Source of the DNA: Vermamoeba vermiformis
Taxonomy: Eukaryota
Direction of reading: 5' to 3'
DNA length: 63,822 bases
Assembly (NCBI GenBank): GCA_045837725.1
Contig: JBEWZL010000182.1
Coordinates: forward strand, 1 to 63,822
Position numbers and translations under genes: made by a program. Below, one piece after another: positions 12,770-27,396 of this stretch. The first letter of the stretch is position 1. Each line of letters begins with the position of its first letter. The notes below the pieces were generated by a model. That model was not told the DNA's origin, did no database searches, and saw only the letters and a list, made by a program, of their open reading frames with translations.

Positions 12770-14810
12770 ATCTGTTGTGGTGCTTCTTTGGTTGTTTTAA
12801 AAAAAAATGTAGCAAAATCTGCGCTACATCTCCAGTTACCGTTGGCGAAATGGCGGGAAAAAATATTGGTCGTTTCGTTAGTATATAGCTAAGATAAATT
12901 GCCGGATAGCATTTTAAAATTTTTTCAGGTAACCGCCCATTTAGTGGCGCCGTTCAGCGGCGTATTGCTCTTCTCCATACCTTAATTATTCATTGTCTTC
13001 GTTCTAAGCTTTAGTACGTGCCACGATGAACTCTACGCTCGTGAAGTACAGCGCTTTACAATTAATTTGAACGACCGATTAGTATAATCAATTTTATGTG
13101 CTATATTAATGTCTTTGACGGCTTCCTTCAGCTTCTTATTATGAAGACTTACTCGTTTTGCAACCAAATCCCATCCAGAAGAAGGCTCGTAAACTGCGCG
13201 GTGTCCGTCATGCCATACCTTTGAAAGGTGTTAATACTCTATTTACTCGAGTAATAATATAATAACGTATGAAATGTGCGTTATGATGGCAGTTTGCTGT
13301 ACGTAATTACATACCGCCGAAATCTCTCCATTTGGTGAACCCGAACAATATGACCTCCTAATAACAAAGACGAGGTTATATTACTTACGTGTGCAAGCAA
13401 ACTTTGTGCGCTGGTAAAATAACCTTCTGTATGGCTAGTCAGAGCAAAGTCGCCCAAAAACAAGCTGGCAGATTCGCGCTTTCATTTCTACTCTCGCAGT
13501 CAGATGAACAAAAATACCGTCAAATAACTTTGCAATGAATTGTACGACATCCTCTAACCAACAAAAGTCTGTTGGTGCTCGCGAAGCACTAGTGCAGAAC
13601 GGATTGCAAGAACAAGTCACAGCAAAAGCATTGTTTAACAGCCCAGCCATGATAATAATTGTTTAAACAAATATGGACCGCCATAGCCATTTCCTCAGTA
13701 TTAAGCTGTGCTGTTTCTTTTGTTTGTTGCGCAAAAAAATTGAATTTCAAAAGCTGTCATTTTGAGTCTTTACTCCGTCAAGTCGATGCATTCATCGGAG
13801 AATAGATCGTCCAGATTGGTACCGGGATTCGTCTCTAAATAACAGGTTAGCGGCGTGAACTACTTAGTGCTTCTTCAACAGCTGGCAACAAATACTTGTA
13901 AGGATAGTTAGGATTGAACGTAGGTTTTGTTGAGTTGTGTTTGACCTGAACTTTTCGGGAGGATTAGTTAAAGACATCAAAGAAACATTGGTTCGACAAG
14001 GATATAACGAGATCCAAAGGAAGCACGTGACGAAGCAACTGACGCGCGATCCGTTTTTTGAAACTGAAGGAATTCACAAGATAAACGGTAATTTTAGCGC
14101 AAAAGAATAGGAGTACTATTATTAAGGTCGGTTATAAACATACGTAAGATAAAACTCAAACGACCAGCCAAATCCCCCGAGCCAGATTTAGAAAATGAAA
14201 TTAAGACTTCCATAATTTTAGGATATTAGATAGCAACTCAATATATTATCTATGACTACTTTATGGTATTTAGACGATCGCTGCTCAATTTCTAAAAAAC
14301 TTACTTGCGAGATGGACTCGCGTACTGGTCGTCAGAGAGCTTTGCCTTGTCCGTCTGGTGAATCTACGCGAAGAATAGATATTAGTTAGTATCCTTAGTA
14401 TGAAAGAAGATTAAATCTAACTTAAAAGAGAATAAGTACTTGCCAAAAGCTGCTAGTACATGATGAGCGAGTTCGGATGTACGGAGGACTCCTTCTTGCG
14501 ACGAATTCGAATGATCATGATGAGGCGCTTCTTACATACTTGCTTCTTTCATGGTAGTGGCTTTGGAAGTGTAATGAGAATGAACAAACAAGTGGAAGTT
14601 CATTTTCAATTTCGTTCGGTCAACGTTTGGTCAAACAACAGAAAAGAGCGTACAATATGAGGACCAATCCAACGTTACAGAGTTGCGTTATCCTCGTGTC
14701 CAGTTGTTATGAGAATACCATGGCAACACTTCCGTTCAATTCAAATTTTTATTTGATCCGAACCAGATCGTACGTAATGAAAACGGATTTTAGAAGCATA
14801 TCCTGTCGTT

Positions 14811-15528
14811 TTATAATCTAACGGTTCGTAACATAGGCTTAGGAACATCATTCGAGTTCGAATAAGAGGTCTTCTGGCAAGGAGGTTTCAACCAGTTCAA
14901 AGGGATCTTCTGCTCTACAAAGGTCTTAAACGTCCATGACTCAATACCCAATGCAGTGCCTGAGAGCGGAATATCCCCTGCGAAGGCCCATGCTTCATTA
15001 GGAGACACAAGACCGATGGTAAATTGCCAAAAGGTGAAGTTCTGACCGGTAGGCATTTGCCCTGTGGTGACTAAAGTAGAGTTGCTAGGTGTAATGAATG
15101 CCCAGTGATCTGCTGCTTGGGGCCACGAAGATGTGACGCACGTGAAGTCTGTTTGGTTCATTACCACGTACTGCGGATCCAAAAAGTAAAAATTGTTAGT
15201 AAACACTAGCAGGAATTCCAAGAAATAATACTACAATATTTGTAGTCAATCTTGACGAAATTTTGGCAAATTTTTGATTTTTGTTGTTTCGATCCGGATT
15301 TGTACTTACAATTTTATTTTTAATGTCGAAAAAGATGTTTTGCCCGAGAATAGGAAAGTCCCACCTATATCCAATACCCTGAGCTGAATAAATTGTGAAC
15401 ATGCTCGGAGCCAGATCCCACGCTTGAGCTTGGGACAGCGTGGCGACGAAGTTGTTTGTTGGCTTGGGCAGCACATTTCCGCAAAATACTGCAGAGAAAG
15501 TAATTAGTAAAATTATTAAAAGGCGCAT
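14811..15528 (-). CDS. Small secreted/lysosomal protein, possibly ependymin-related (LolA/EPDR-like fold)
   Basis: Signal peptide MRLLIILLITFSAVFC. Two exons, beta-strand-rich, N-glycosylation sequons and a C-terminal W.KPPC. The fold assignment is tentative. Confidence 0.6.
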
Positions 15529-15718
15529 TGATGAGTGGTGTTCGTGACCAAGTTTTAAAAATAGCTTTTAATTTTAGTTTGTCGACAGCAATGTCTTTTT
15601 ACCTGTCTGAGTAATATGATTCAGAAGGCAATATCAATTAATACTTCGCTGGCAAATGTTTATTTTTATGCAATATGCATATTTAATGAATACAGGTCGG
15701 TGAATAGTTACAAAATTT

Positions 15719-17951
15719 TTACAGGCGCTTAATGGATTTCGGGGCAGCACGCTTCAATTCGTGAATGAACCAAGTCATCAGTGTCAAAAGTGTCAAACTG
15801 CCACCTTGATGAGCAGCAGCCCAAGGCACAGGTACCAACAATAAGAGCGTTGTGATGCCCAATGCGACTTGAAGACTGGCCATGTGCATGACGGAAGTCA
15901 CGGCCTTTTGAGCAGATCTGTGCAACGGGAATTTTCTGCTGAAGGTCCAGAGACCGACAATAGAGCAGAAAGTTGTTACAGCCAACAAACGGTGATTGAA
16001 TTGTACGGCAGCATCGTTGTCGAAGAAGTTCTTGTACTTGGGCTTCATGTCCCAGTACTCGGGCGGCACGAGACCATCACCCATAAAAGGAAAAGTGTTG
16101 TAGACCAATCCTGCATCGAGACCTGCAACAAAAGCACCCGAGGCAGCAGTAGTAAATGTCAAGGCTCCAACACCTAATTGAAACAAAGTGTGAAAAACTT
16201 ATGCTTGGCTAATACCCTTTGACGACATTTCCTTATTTGGTAATTGCATTTACCTAACGCGGCACGCAAGAGCGACTTAGGGATGCCATTGTTAGCGGCC
16301 ATAGGACCCGATAAGCGGCCAAGACCGAGCCAGAAGAGTCCGACGTAGATGACAAAAGCAGTGCACAAGTGAGCTGCGAGTCGATATTGACTAACACGAG
16401 GCACGCCTTCCTCGACTTCGAGACCACTCTTAACCATGTACCAGCCGAGTGCTCCTTGAGCACCACCGAGTGCAAAGAGTCCTGTCAAGCCCTTCAACAA
16501 TGAGCCGCGGATAGCGCCCTGTGAATGTCACGTGTCACTCAAATTGAAAAATACATAATTATTTGTTAATATGCCAAACAATTTGTTTGAAATATTAAAC
16601 TTTCATAATAATTGATTATAAAGCTAATAGTGCGTACCTTTGAGAGGAAATAAAAGAACGGCAAGCCGAAGACAACACCGATCACGCGACCGAGCAATCT
16701 GTGCGCGTACTCCATGTAGTAAATTTTCTTGAATTCGTTGAGCTTCATGCTAGGGTTCAACCTACAAAAAAGGAAACAAACGTTAGGAAAATTTCAGCAT
16801 CGAAATCTCGATCAACTATTCTCGTAGTGAGCTCAGAAATCATTCGTATAATGCATATATCCATATTTAGGTATTATTTAGGTAATTTTTTCTTCGAAAT
16901 CAAATCGTACTTGACGTATTCAGGAGTGTTTTTATATTTTTCAAATTCGACCATCCACTCTTCCTCGCTCATCGGTGGCAAAGTTCCAGTAAGAGGGCGC
17001 CATTCAGTGATCGATAAACCACTCTCGGTCAATCGAGTTACGCCTCCCACGATTACCTAATTAGGAAAAATGAGAATAGAATAAACTATGACCGAAACCT
17101 TTGTTATAAACGCGAGATAAGATCTTATTAATATCCATATATATAATGTAGGTATAACTATTACGTACCATAATAAAGACTAAGCCTGCGCAAAGGAAAA
17201 GCCAATATCCGACTGCTTTTCTGTAGCGCTCTTCAGCATTAACTTTTCGATCGACAAATTCAGTATTATTTTGTTCTTGCGTGTTATTTTCAAAATTTGT
17301 TTTGTTCTCGTTGTTAGCATTCGACTTCTGTTCGTTTGAATAATTTCTTCGAGATCCACGTGATCCGGAGTTGTAGTTTTTGAAAGGGATAGCCTAACGA
17401 TAAATATTAATAAATATAATATTTGATACGTAGATTTGATTGTTTGAGAATCGATCTAGTCCGCGAAAAGTCGATCAGAAATTCGTAGCAGCCAGAATTA
17501 CTTACAGCAACAAGCAGCGTGTTATTACGATTCGAAGATGTAAAAACACTCCACTGGCTCGTGTTAGACAAGTTCTTCTTTGATTTCTGGTTCAAATAAC
17601 GGTTACAAGCGCGATCTGGATATTCATGAATTGTTTTCAAGATAAATTACATATTAAAAATTAAGGACAATATTACGAAAAATAAAATATTTACGAGTGA
17701 TAGAATTGATCGTAATATTTACAAAGGAAGCTGAAGAAATTAATTACAAAAAAAACATGACCGACATCTGGCCATTAAAGCGCTACAATCTCATCAAAAT
17801 AATGTAAATATTTGCTTACTGATTTGTTAGAATTTATGGTGCTGAACAAACGCTTTGACACTTCTTTTGTGTTGAATCCAAAAGGTTTCAATTCACGCAG
17901 CACTCTGCCGACAGAGCCTGCGCGATTGGAGAAGAAGATCGTCTTCAACAT
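15719..17951 (-). CDS. COX15: Heme A synthase (cytochrome c oxidase assembly protein COX15)
   Basis: Motifs [64 protein letters not shown] and AAHQ. Basic mitochondrial-presequence-like first exon from ATG 17951. Confidence 0.96.
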
Positions 17952-18191
17952 ACTTCAATCTATCAAATATGTTGCTTGTTAATCTTCAAAAACGGGCACT
18001 GTTCTAGATTACGAGATCGCGCGATTTTTTTGTTAATCACGTGATCAATGAGCTCACCAGCGGACAACTTCTGCGGAGTCATTGCATCGTGTTATCTTTA
18101 TTCAACGAGCCATACGATCGATTTAGGGCCCTATTTCGTCTTTTATTGAAACGGATCTCCTATTGCAGAACAAACCAAGCTGGAAATTACA

Positions 18192-19787
18192 TCATCGAAG
18201 AATGAACGAAATGATAGTTACGAAGCTAAGAGCCCAGAAGGAGCTAATAGTGGCCTCTGAAGTCTTCGAACTTGGCACAGCTATTCAATTCTTGTGTTAG
18301 TAACAGCGCCAAGGACCAAGATTGCATATTTACGTACAAACAGGAGTATCCGAGGCCATTGGTGCTTCGTCTTCGGTGATTGGTTCGTTTGACTCTGGAG
18401 ATCCGTCGCTGACAGGCATAGTGTCAACAACAGGTGCAGCAACGGGCATCTGGATTGGCGTGGTTGCTAATGTTATATTTCCGCTGTATAATTGTTGAAT
18501 ATAGACTGCGATAAGATAAAATGATCTCGTTGCTGGAACAAACGCGCCGTATGTACCAACAACGGTAATATTTCTTGCGGACTCCAAGCACGTAAATTCT
18601 ATGAGAGTTTTTGAAGTCAGATTGAAGTACTGACAGCCACCGACCTGGCTGTAACCACCGAACAAAAATACGATATTTTCTTCTTCATAAAAGGCAGCAG
18701 CTACAAAAACAAATGTTATGACACGTGTCAAACTATCTTAGAGCTTCGTGGTTAGATTTTTGCAAATGACACGTGAAAAACTTATCATTGACACGTGTCA
18801 AAACGACATTGAAGAAAAAATCGTGATTATGCTAATAAAAATACTTACTCTGGCCGTAATTTCCTGTGTTCATCGCACCAATCGTAGTCCACGTGTCGTC
18901 TTTAATGCTGTACTGCTGAATTCGCTTAGTGCCAGCAGCTCCGTTAAACGTGAAGATATGGCCATCACCAACGTTAATAATAGCAAATCCTATTCCATCG
19001 TCACTTCTGTTCGCAATCATCGTCCACGCGTCATCATCGATTGAGTAGTACTCGCCAGAGACTAGCGGGTAACCTGACGCTTTAGGCGTGCCACCAATAG
19101 CGTAGATTCTATTAGTAGCTGCGTCATAGGCACAACTATGTTGAAATCTAGCGACGTTCAATTCAGCCATTGTGGTGTAGGTGCTGGATCCAGCAGCAAG
19201 TTTGTAGACGGTTGAATTCGGAACCGAACTTCCGTCCCATGTAATTCCTCCTCCTGCATAATATTTAAGTATGTTAATTTAGCTAAACTAAGTATAGTTT
19301 GGTTTCAGAAGAATTGCCGTTAAAGTCATAAATTTGAATTTGTGCTAGCCACATCTGCAGTCATATTAATCAGGTAGGCTGACTTACCAATGATATACAA
19401 GTCACCGTTGGGAACGAGCACAACGCAGGGATAAGTGATCGCGGTAGGAAGATCTGGCAGTGGTGTCCAAGTGCCATCGGTAAAGTTGAAACGACCATTT
19501 TTCGAGGCTCCTAAAGTTCTTCCGAAAAAATAACCAATTTCATTATCAGAAGTATAGCCAATAGGCTCAGGGCTATACACGTTTAGAGTACCAGCTGAAT
19601 TCCAGGAGAGTGACAACGGATCCGGAAGTGTTGAACGCACTAAACCGCAGAACAACATTATTCCTACATACATAAATCAGTAATTAAAAAGGTTGCGATA
19701 TTAAATAGAATTATAATATTGCTTTCAGCAGAGTCCGTTTATTTTACCTAGCAAAAGCACGGCAGATCGACTTCCAATTCGCGCCAT
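18192..19787 (-). CDS. Kelch-repeat cell-surface protein 1 (signal peptide, kelch propeller, P/T/S stalk, GPI-type tail)
   Basis: Kelch motifs RIYAIGG...EYYSIDDDAW and IFLFGG, a P/T-rich stalk and a hydrophobic last exon. Same exon layout as the two neighbours. Confidence 0.85.
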
Positions 19788-19962
19788 TTCAAAAATTAAT
19801 TTTTAATTTGTTGTTTTAGCGCAGGAGTTGTGTAACGTAAGTTATTGAAAGTCATAAAAATGAAACGCGACAAGTTGTAAATGTAATAAATTGACAGCTG
19901 TCTCGGGCGCCAAACATTGCCCGACAATCCTACCGTTTATTCCTTTAGTCAAAAAAAAAGTG

Positions 19963-21499
19963 TTAAATCATCAAAGCAACAGCGGCAATCAAAACGAATG
20001 TCATTCCATGGGCGGAAGTTGATCGAATTGCTTCAGATATGCTTTTCTTCGTCGCTACAAAACAACATTAGATTAACGAAATCAAATTACAAGTAAAACG
20101 ACAGCGGTAAAAAAAAAGTTCTACCAGCGGATCCACTGCCATTTTTAAGAATTTTTTCAAGACGATTGTGACTTACGAGAGCGAGTCGGTTGTTCTGCAG
20201 AGGTCGGAGTGGCGTCAGATGTTGGTCCTGATACAGGAGCTGAAGCAACAGGCGATGAAGTCACTGGTGCCGCTGTTGGTGCTGCTGGTGGCATTGGCAT
20301 AGTTGCACTCCATAATGCACCTTTCATCCAACTGGCTGCATAAAACGTACGCGTTGAAGCCACAAACGCACCGACAATCGTTTCGTCGGTGATAGAAACG
20401 TTGTAAAAATCGTCTAAACAATCGAACGCCACGGCTGTTTTTGAAGTCATGTTGAAGTACTGGCATCCGTCGTTATTTGCGGAGTGGCCGCCCCACAAAA
20501 AGATGATATTTTCTTCGGCATAATACACAGCGACTAATATAATAATAATTAGGACGAATCGTTAAGGAAATTAAAGCTTACGTTGAGCGGAGTTTGCTTT
20601 GGGAAGGGTTCCAATAGTAGTCCAGGTATCATCAGCAATGCTATATTGTCGTACAGTTTGAGGTACATTAACACCATTAAATATATAGATGTTTCCATCC
20701 CCAATGTTAACCACCGAGAACTGGTAGACGTTGTCGGATCTGTTCGCCATCATAGTCCAGTTGTTGTGCTCTATTGAATAGTACTCGCCTGTTCTGAGAA
20801 TAGAATACAGTCCATTACCATCTTGTGTATTTCCACCAATCGCGTAAATTCTGTTCGTACTAGCGTCATAGGTACATCCATGATACATCCGGCCCTCGTT
20901 CATCGGAGCCATGGTTGTATAATTGTTTGCACCAGCAGCTAGTTTGTAGACCGTATTATAGGGTACACCGATTTGAACATTCCAGGGTGCTCCTCCTGCA
21001 ATAAAATAATAAAATAATTAAAATCAAAATTAAAAAAAGAGGTTCTTATATAATACTGTAATTCTGATTGAGCAACGGTAAATGTTCTTACCCATGACAT
21101 AAATATCTCCGTTTGGAAGAGGTACGACGCAGGGATAAGCGCTTGGCGTAGCAAGACTTGGATACGACGTCCAAGTTCCATCCGTAAAATTATAACGAGC
21201 ATTTAAAGGGACATTTACAGGGATTTCTGTCCTTCCAAAAAGATAGCCAACATCGTTACTGACAGCATATCCGAATGGTCCGTTCAAACTAAAAGTTCTA
21301 TTAATCAACTTCCACGATATCGAAAAAGGATCTTGCAATGCTGCACTGGCAAATCCAATGCTGATCGTTGCCACTATAATTTTTCATTAATTAGTATGAC
21401 ATAAGAATCATAAACTGCGGTCGCATGCTTAAATAATTGCTGATCTGCAGATTCGTTACCTAAAATCATCGTGGCAGTTCTTATACTGAAAATCGCCAT
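19963..21499 (-). CDS. Kelch-repeat cell-surface protein 2
   Basis: YDASTNRIYAIGG...EYYSIEHNNW, stalk PPAAPTAAPVTSSPV, and a last exon ending GMTFVLIAAVALMI-stop. Confidence 0.85.
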
Positions 21500-21696
21500 T
21501 TTGTGCCCTTTACTCAAAGTCTGGCGTGTTCTTCTACTCAAATAAATCAAATAATAGAATCTTCAACCGGAAAATACCCGATAGACGTCAACTTTTGAAG
21601 TGACGATTTTAGATAAAATAAAAATATGATGAATATAAATTATCCATGCCAACGTACATAACATCATTTATTTCTACATGAATAAATATCGTATCT

Positions 21697-23203
21697 TTAC
21701 AAAACCAGGGCCATAACAGACGTCATCACAGCGAAAGTCAGTCCCATCCGCCGAACAGCCCCAGCCACAATTGAAGCAGGATCTAAAAACAAACTACGTC
21801 AGCATATTAAACTGTTATTAGCCGTTACGCTGTCTCTACGTACTTGGTCGAGAGGTTGGTGGTGCTTCCACAATGGGCTCTGGGGTCGACGAAACAGGCT
21901 CGGACAATGGTTCCGGTACAAATGGCAAAGGAATTGTTGCCGTCCATACCAAAGCCCCGTTAGGATTGACCGCGTAAAGAGTTCTCGTTGACGGGATGAA
22001 AGTACCGAGATATTGGTTGTAATAAACGCCAGTACCAATAGTGCTACTGTTTGTAGTGTTGCAAGTGAACGGCACAATTTGTTGCGATGTCAAATTGAAG
22101 TACTCGCAACCATCATTTGTCGCGTTATTACCGCCGAATAATAATATAATATTTTCTTCTTGGTAAAAAGCAGCAACTGTCCGAAACAATATTAACGATC
22201 AATAAATAAAAGATAATAATATTTGTGTAGGCAGAATCATATTAAATTAAATATTAGTATGCAGGTGGCACTTACTTTGACCATGATTTGGCTTGTTCGT
22301 GGATCCTAAATTCGCCCAAGTATTGTTTGCAATGTTGTAACGAAGGATCACTTGCGAATTGCCGGACATAATTCCGTTGAATAGATAAATATTGCCGTCG
22401 ACAAGAACTGTTGCAACAAATAGGTTACTTAGTGGTAGATCTGCAGTGACCATGGTCCAATTGTTGTGGTCAATCGAGTAGTATTCGCTTGAATATAGTA
22501 TTTGATAGACCTCTGCGTCGCTCACTGTAGTCACTGAAACACCGCCAATTGCGTAGATCCGATTCGTGGTGGCATCGTAAGCACAAGTATGCGAATGTCT
22601 GCCGATGGTAAGCCGAGCCATTAGTGTATAATTGTTGGAACCAGCGGCGAGTTTGTACACCTGATAGAGATGATCTTGGTATTCATTACCGTAATTCCAG
22701 TCTGGCGATCCTCCTATCAATTTTATAAGAAATACGTTTTTTAAAGACAGATGTGAAATCTTAAGATGCCTGTTGCAAAAAATAATGGATGTAAATAAGC
22801 GTTACTCTCTTACCTATAGCGTAAATATCTCCGTTTGGAAGAGGTACGACACATGGCCTCTGAATGTTTGATGGATCGTCGATAACCGGATACGTAATCA
22901 CTGTTCCGTCAGTGAAGTTATAGCGACTGTTTTGAGGAGTATTAAATCCGTTGGCAAATAAATATCCGACGTCATTATCAAATGCGTAGCCAACACCTCC
23001 AACTCCAGATACGTAAAATGATGACTGAGCTAATTCCCAAGTGATAACAAACGGGTCCGGAAGAGCAGCCTGCGCGAATCCAATGCCAAATAATATTGCT
23101 AAATCATAATAATATTAGATTGCGTTCATAATCAAGTTCGATCGGTTACAGCAAGAATCGATCTGGCTTGCTTACCGATTATACACGTAGAAGTTCTAGT
23201 CAT
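21697..23203 (-). CDS. Kelch-repeat cell-surface protein 3
   Basis: YDATTNRIYAIGG...EYYSIDHNNW, stalk PEPLSEPVSSTPEP, and a last exon ending GLTFAVMTSVMALVL-stop. Confidence 0.85.
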
Positions 23204-23883
23204 GATCTTTCTCGTAATGTATACAACTAGTTGTATGTGGTTCCACACTTTGAGTGGGATAACTGAGGCACAAAATCTTTAGATCCAAAATTTCAACTGC
23301 CCCAAATAGTTTTTTTTTCCAAATACGTATTTTTCCCCTAAGCTCTTTATCCTTTAATACTCACATTAGAACTTACTCCGCTCTACGACGTCAATAACAG
23401 CTGCGGCGCTGATGTCGCCCGGACAACTACAATTTGAGCATTATTATATTTACATTAAAATTATTATTATTATCTTCTAGCAAATTAGCGTTTTGATACG
23501 TCGTGGTCAGGAAAAAAAATAAATTAATATTTTCCATCCAGATTTGTCTATTAAATCTGAAGTCGAGCAATTTTAACGCACTTAATGTGTAAATTAAATT
23601 AGGTATTTTTAACACACGCTGGAAATGCTTACAAGTTTGCTCCGAAGAGAGATCTTCTGGTCGGTTAGAAGTTGGCCCATTGTTGGTACCAAGACACGTG
23701 CCAAATATACTCTATATATATATTATTGTCGTCATTGAATTGACCAGAAGAAGATTGTTGTTGTTTCTAGCGCAGAAAATTCATTGCGGAAGACAAGGCG
23801 CGAAAAAAAGTCTGGCCCGAGTGAAACATCGCTTACAACTTTAGTTGGCTTTGTGCTAAATTAAACATACACAAATTACCACA

Positions 23884-26800
23884 ATGAGTATGTTTGCTTC
23901 GAAAAATCGCAATAAGAAGTTCAGAGCTCGAAGGACATCCGAGGACGAAGATGAAAAGAACGATAATAACGAAGATAAATCTCAAAATGAAGATGTAAAT
24001 ATGAAAGATATCGATAATAAGGAAGAACAAGCACCAATCAAGCCTGCACCCAGCGCAGCATCTGATCTTCCGAAAAAGGCGCCACAAAAAGACACCAAAA
24101 AATCTCTGTTAACATTTGGCGATGAGGTAATTATTTTATAACATTATCATGATAATTTTGAGCTTGTAGATATTATTCAGAATTTTTTGCGATTTATTGA
24201 CAAAATTATTAATTTTTGAATTGGCTAGGAGGAAGAAGGGGAAACGTTTCAAATTAAAAAGACGAATAAGCCTAAAAAAGCTGAAAAAAAGAAGCTGACA
24301 TTAGCGTACGTTTACTCGCTTGAATACTAATTTGAATTTTTTATTAATTTTTGTTTAGGGATCTGACAGAAGAAAATGAGCGGGAGCAAATAAACCCAAA
24401 TTTGAATATGACTTATAGCACATCCGCTGCAGATGAATATACCCCCGAAAAATTAGCAGAATTGCGAAAGAATGCAAAGTCAGCACCGAGTATTAACAAA
24501 CCGGAGGACGACATCCAAGTCGTTTTGAAAAATACAACGCCATTAGCACGCCGTGAAGGTACATATTATAACATATTTTATCTATTATATACATGCAGCT
24601 TATTACTGGTCGACAAAATTGGATCCTGTTTCACCGATAACTTTTCATAACAATTTCTATATTAAGTAATATACTAACTGTATAATATAGAGCCTATTGA
24701 AATGACCTTGAAGAGGTTAGACGAATCAGCCGATGACGAAAATAAAGGCGCGATGTCTATGATCCCTACAGACTCGCAAATAGCGTCTATCAAAGCGAAA
24801 AAAGAACGGATGCGAAGATATGGCGGGAGCGGTGAAGATTTCATTTCACTGAACGACAATCAAGAAGGCAAAAACTCTGCGTTGATTCGCGAAGACTCGG
24901 ATGACGAAGATGATGGTAAGTTCAAACACTTTCCTTATTTGGAAATCAAATAGTATACATCCCTCCTTCGCTATAATGGGCTATTTCTAGTTAAAAGCGT
25001 AGTTACTAATGGTTTATTTGTATTATAGAAGCGTTTGAAGATAACCGTGGCAGTAGAATTCGATTTGGAGATCCGACCAAGCAACAAAAGAACAAAAAAC
25101 AGGTACGTTCGTTATTATTAACACAACAGTTAAGTTATCCATACTAATGCTGATGATTTAAGACCCTCTACGATGAACTTGAAGGCAGCCAAGAAGAAGA
25201 TGACGACTTTGCACAGTGGGAGTTAGATCAGCTCAAAAAGAGCGGCGTGAAAAAATCAGGCAAAAATCTTCCTGCGGGCATTAGAGGCGCAATGTTTGAC
25301 CCGCAGATCAAATTACCCGAGTATAGAGGTACGTACAAAAACGAAAATTGGATCCGCATGAAACTTCAGTGTCACAAAAAAAGTTCATATGCTTATCAGT
25401 ATATTTTTAGCACCCCTGAAATTAGAAGTGATGCCAACGTACGAAGATTTGGCGCAAAGATTGCAAGAAAGTTTGGCGAGTATGAAAGTATCAAACGCGG
25501 CAAGAAAAAATCAGTTGATTAAAGTCCAAGAACACATTGACGATTCAGAACATAATATTAAGAAGTGCGAAATTGATATGAAGGCATTTTCGGGTCAATA
25601 CACGTTCTTCCAAGAAATGAAAAGTTACGTGTTGGATCTGACGGACTGTTTGGAGGAAAAAGTTCGCGAGATAGAAACATTAGAGAAGCAGTTTAACGAT
25701 AGTTATGTGGCTATAGTCAATAAGGCTAGAAAAAGCAAGCAAAGTCGAAAACAAAAAGAATACGAAAAAATCTCAATGGCGTTGAATTTGCAGACAGCAG
25801 TCAAGCAAGAAAACAACGGCACTGAAATTTCGTACCAAAAAGGAAATTTTAAACAAGAAGTTCTGGCGCTAAAACGAGAATACGAACAAAAAGCACGAGC
25901 GGTCTTGGAGGATGTTTACGAAGAATTTTCAAGCATGTACCAAGTCAAATCGAAATTTCAGCAGTGGAAGTGGGACTACCCCGAGGCCTATAATCAAGCT
26001 AATATAGCTTTGTTTTTGCCGCAAGTCTTCTCGCCGTACATGCGCATTGAAACTTTGACTTGGACGCCGTTCATTGACAAACCGTTCTTCGATCAAATGC
26101 GATGGTGGCAAACCCTGTTTGATTATGGACTCAAAAGCGAATCCGTAAGTACCATATTATTTCCAAAGTATTGAAAATACTACGAGATCCGAGCATTTTC
26201 CTAAAAAGGAAATCACCCTTTATTTTTTTCAAAAGACATTGTAATCAAGCCTAATATTATTGTTTAAACAATGCCCGTACAATATACTAATAATTTAATA
26301 GGACCAACTGGATCCCAAAGACGAAGACAACAATCTCATTCCGAAGCTCGTTGAAAGAAATCTCTTGCATCGTGGATCATTCTTCTTTTCAGCCATTTGG
26401 AATCCATTTGCAGCGAAACAGAGTACTAGCGGATTAGAATATATTAAAGAACTCGTAGTCTACACTACACCTGAAAAACTAAAGGTACGTTAAATCGAGA
26501 TCCAAGTTTTTGAGATTTGTTTATGCTAACCATCGATTATAGGATATCCTCATCCAAGTCCATATCACTATGCAAGCAGCTATCGATAGCATTAATATTG
26601 TTCTACCAAGAGACTCGCTTGCCGACGAGATCAAGCTGCTTTGTCAAAAGCAATTCGATTCTGCCTTAAAAGTAAGTATTAAAATGCACCAATACGTTAT
26701 AAGTAACGCTTATTAATAATTTTCCTTCGAATAGTTAATGAAAAATATTGCTCCCTGGACGGAATTTATGCCAGTACAAACGATGGAAAAATTATTAGTG

Positions 26801-27140
26801 GATCAGCTGCTTAATATGAAGATGATTCCTTATTTGAGGGTTATTAAACCTCAAGATGCTATCACATTGAGCGAAGAGGTAAGAAAAGGCTCATCCTAAG
26901 CTAGAATGAACAATTTTTAATTCGATCAATTTTCAGATCACATCCGCGTTGCCTCAAGAATGGTTAAAGACAAAATTCATGCCTGGATTAAGTATATTCA
27001 CCGATCTACTCAGCAACAAGCTCATTAACGCCGTCGGATCCGATCAAGAGTCCATCACAAGAATCGTCAAGCTAGTTAATCGACTTAACGACAAAAATAC
27101 TGCTCAACGACTCAATACGCAGTTTAAAGTCACACTGTAA
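23884..27140 (+). CDS. GC-rich sequence DNA-binding factor family protein (PAXBP1/GCFC2/ILP1-like splicing factor)
   Basis: Motifs SLLTFGDEEE, IPTDSQIASIKAKKERMR, EDFISL, WELDQLKKSG, YTFFQEMKSYVLDLTDCLEEK, FQQWKWDYPEAYNQANIAL and MRWWQTLFDYG. Confidence 0.9.
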
Positions 27141-27396
27141 ATGAATAAAAGTTAAGTTTGATGTTTGAAATGAGTCGATGGGTTAGGACAAACAATGTAC
27201 GGTTGGTAATCAACAAAGATAATTCTTTTAATTGTTCCCTTGCCACTAATTAGAATTACTATGAATTAACTTCTTCGGATCTTTTCTGAGCTCCTTCTTT
27301 CCTAAAAAGGCAAGTGAAAGGACATAGATTTTTGGTTGCATTTGTCGCATTTTTCGTCTGCCTTTTCATTGTTCAACCACAAAAGGAAGTCTAACA

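Noticed and set aside
13086-14560. Minus-strand exon-like pieces with GTAAGT donors
   Set aside because: I could not build a stop-free model or recognise a domain. Possibly decayed genes.
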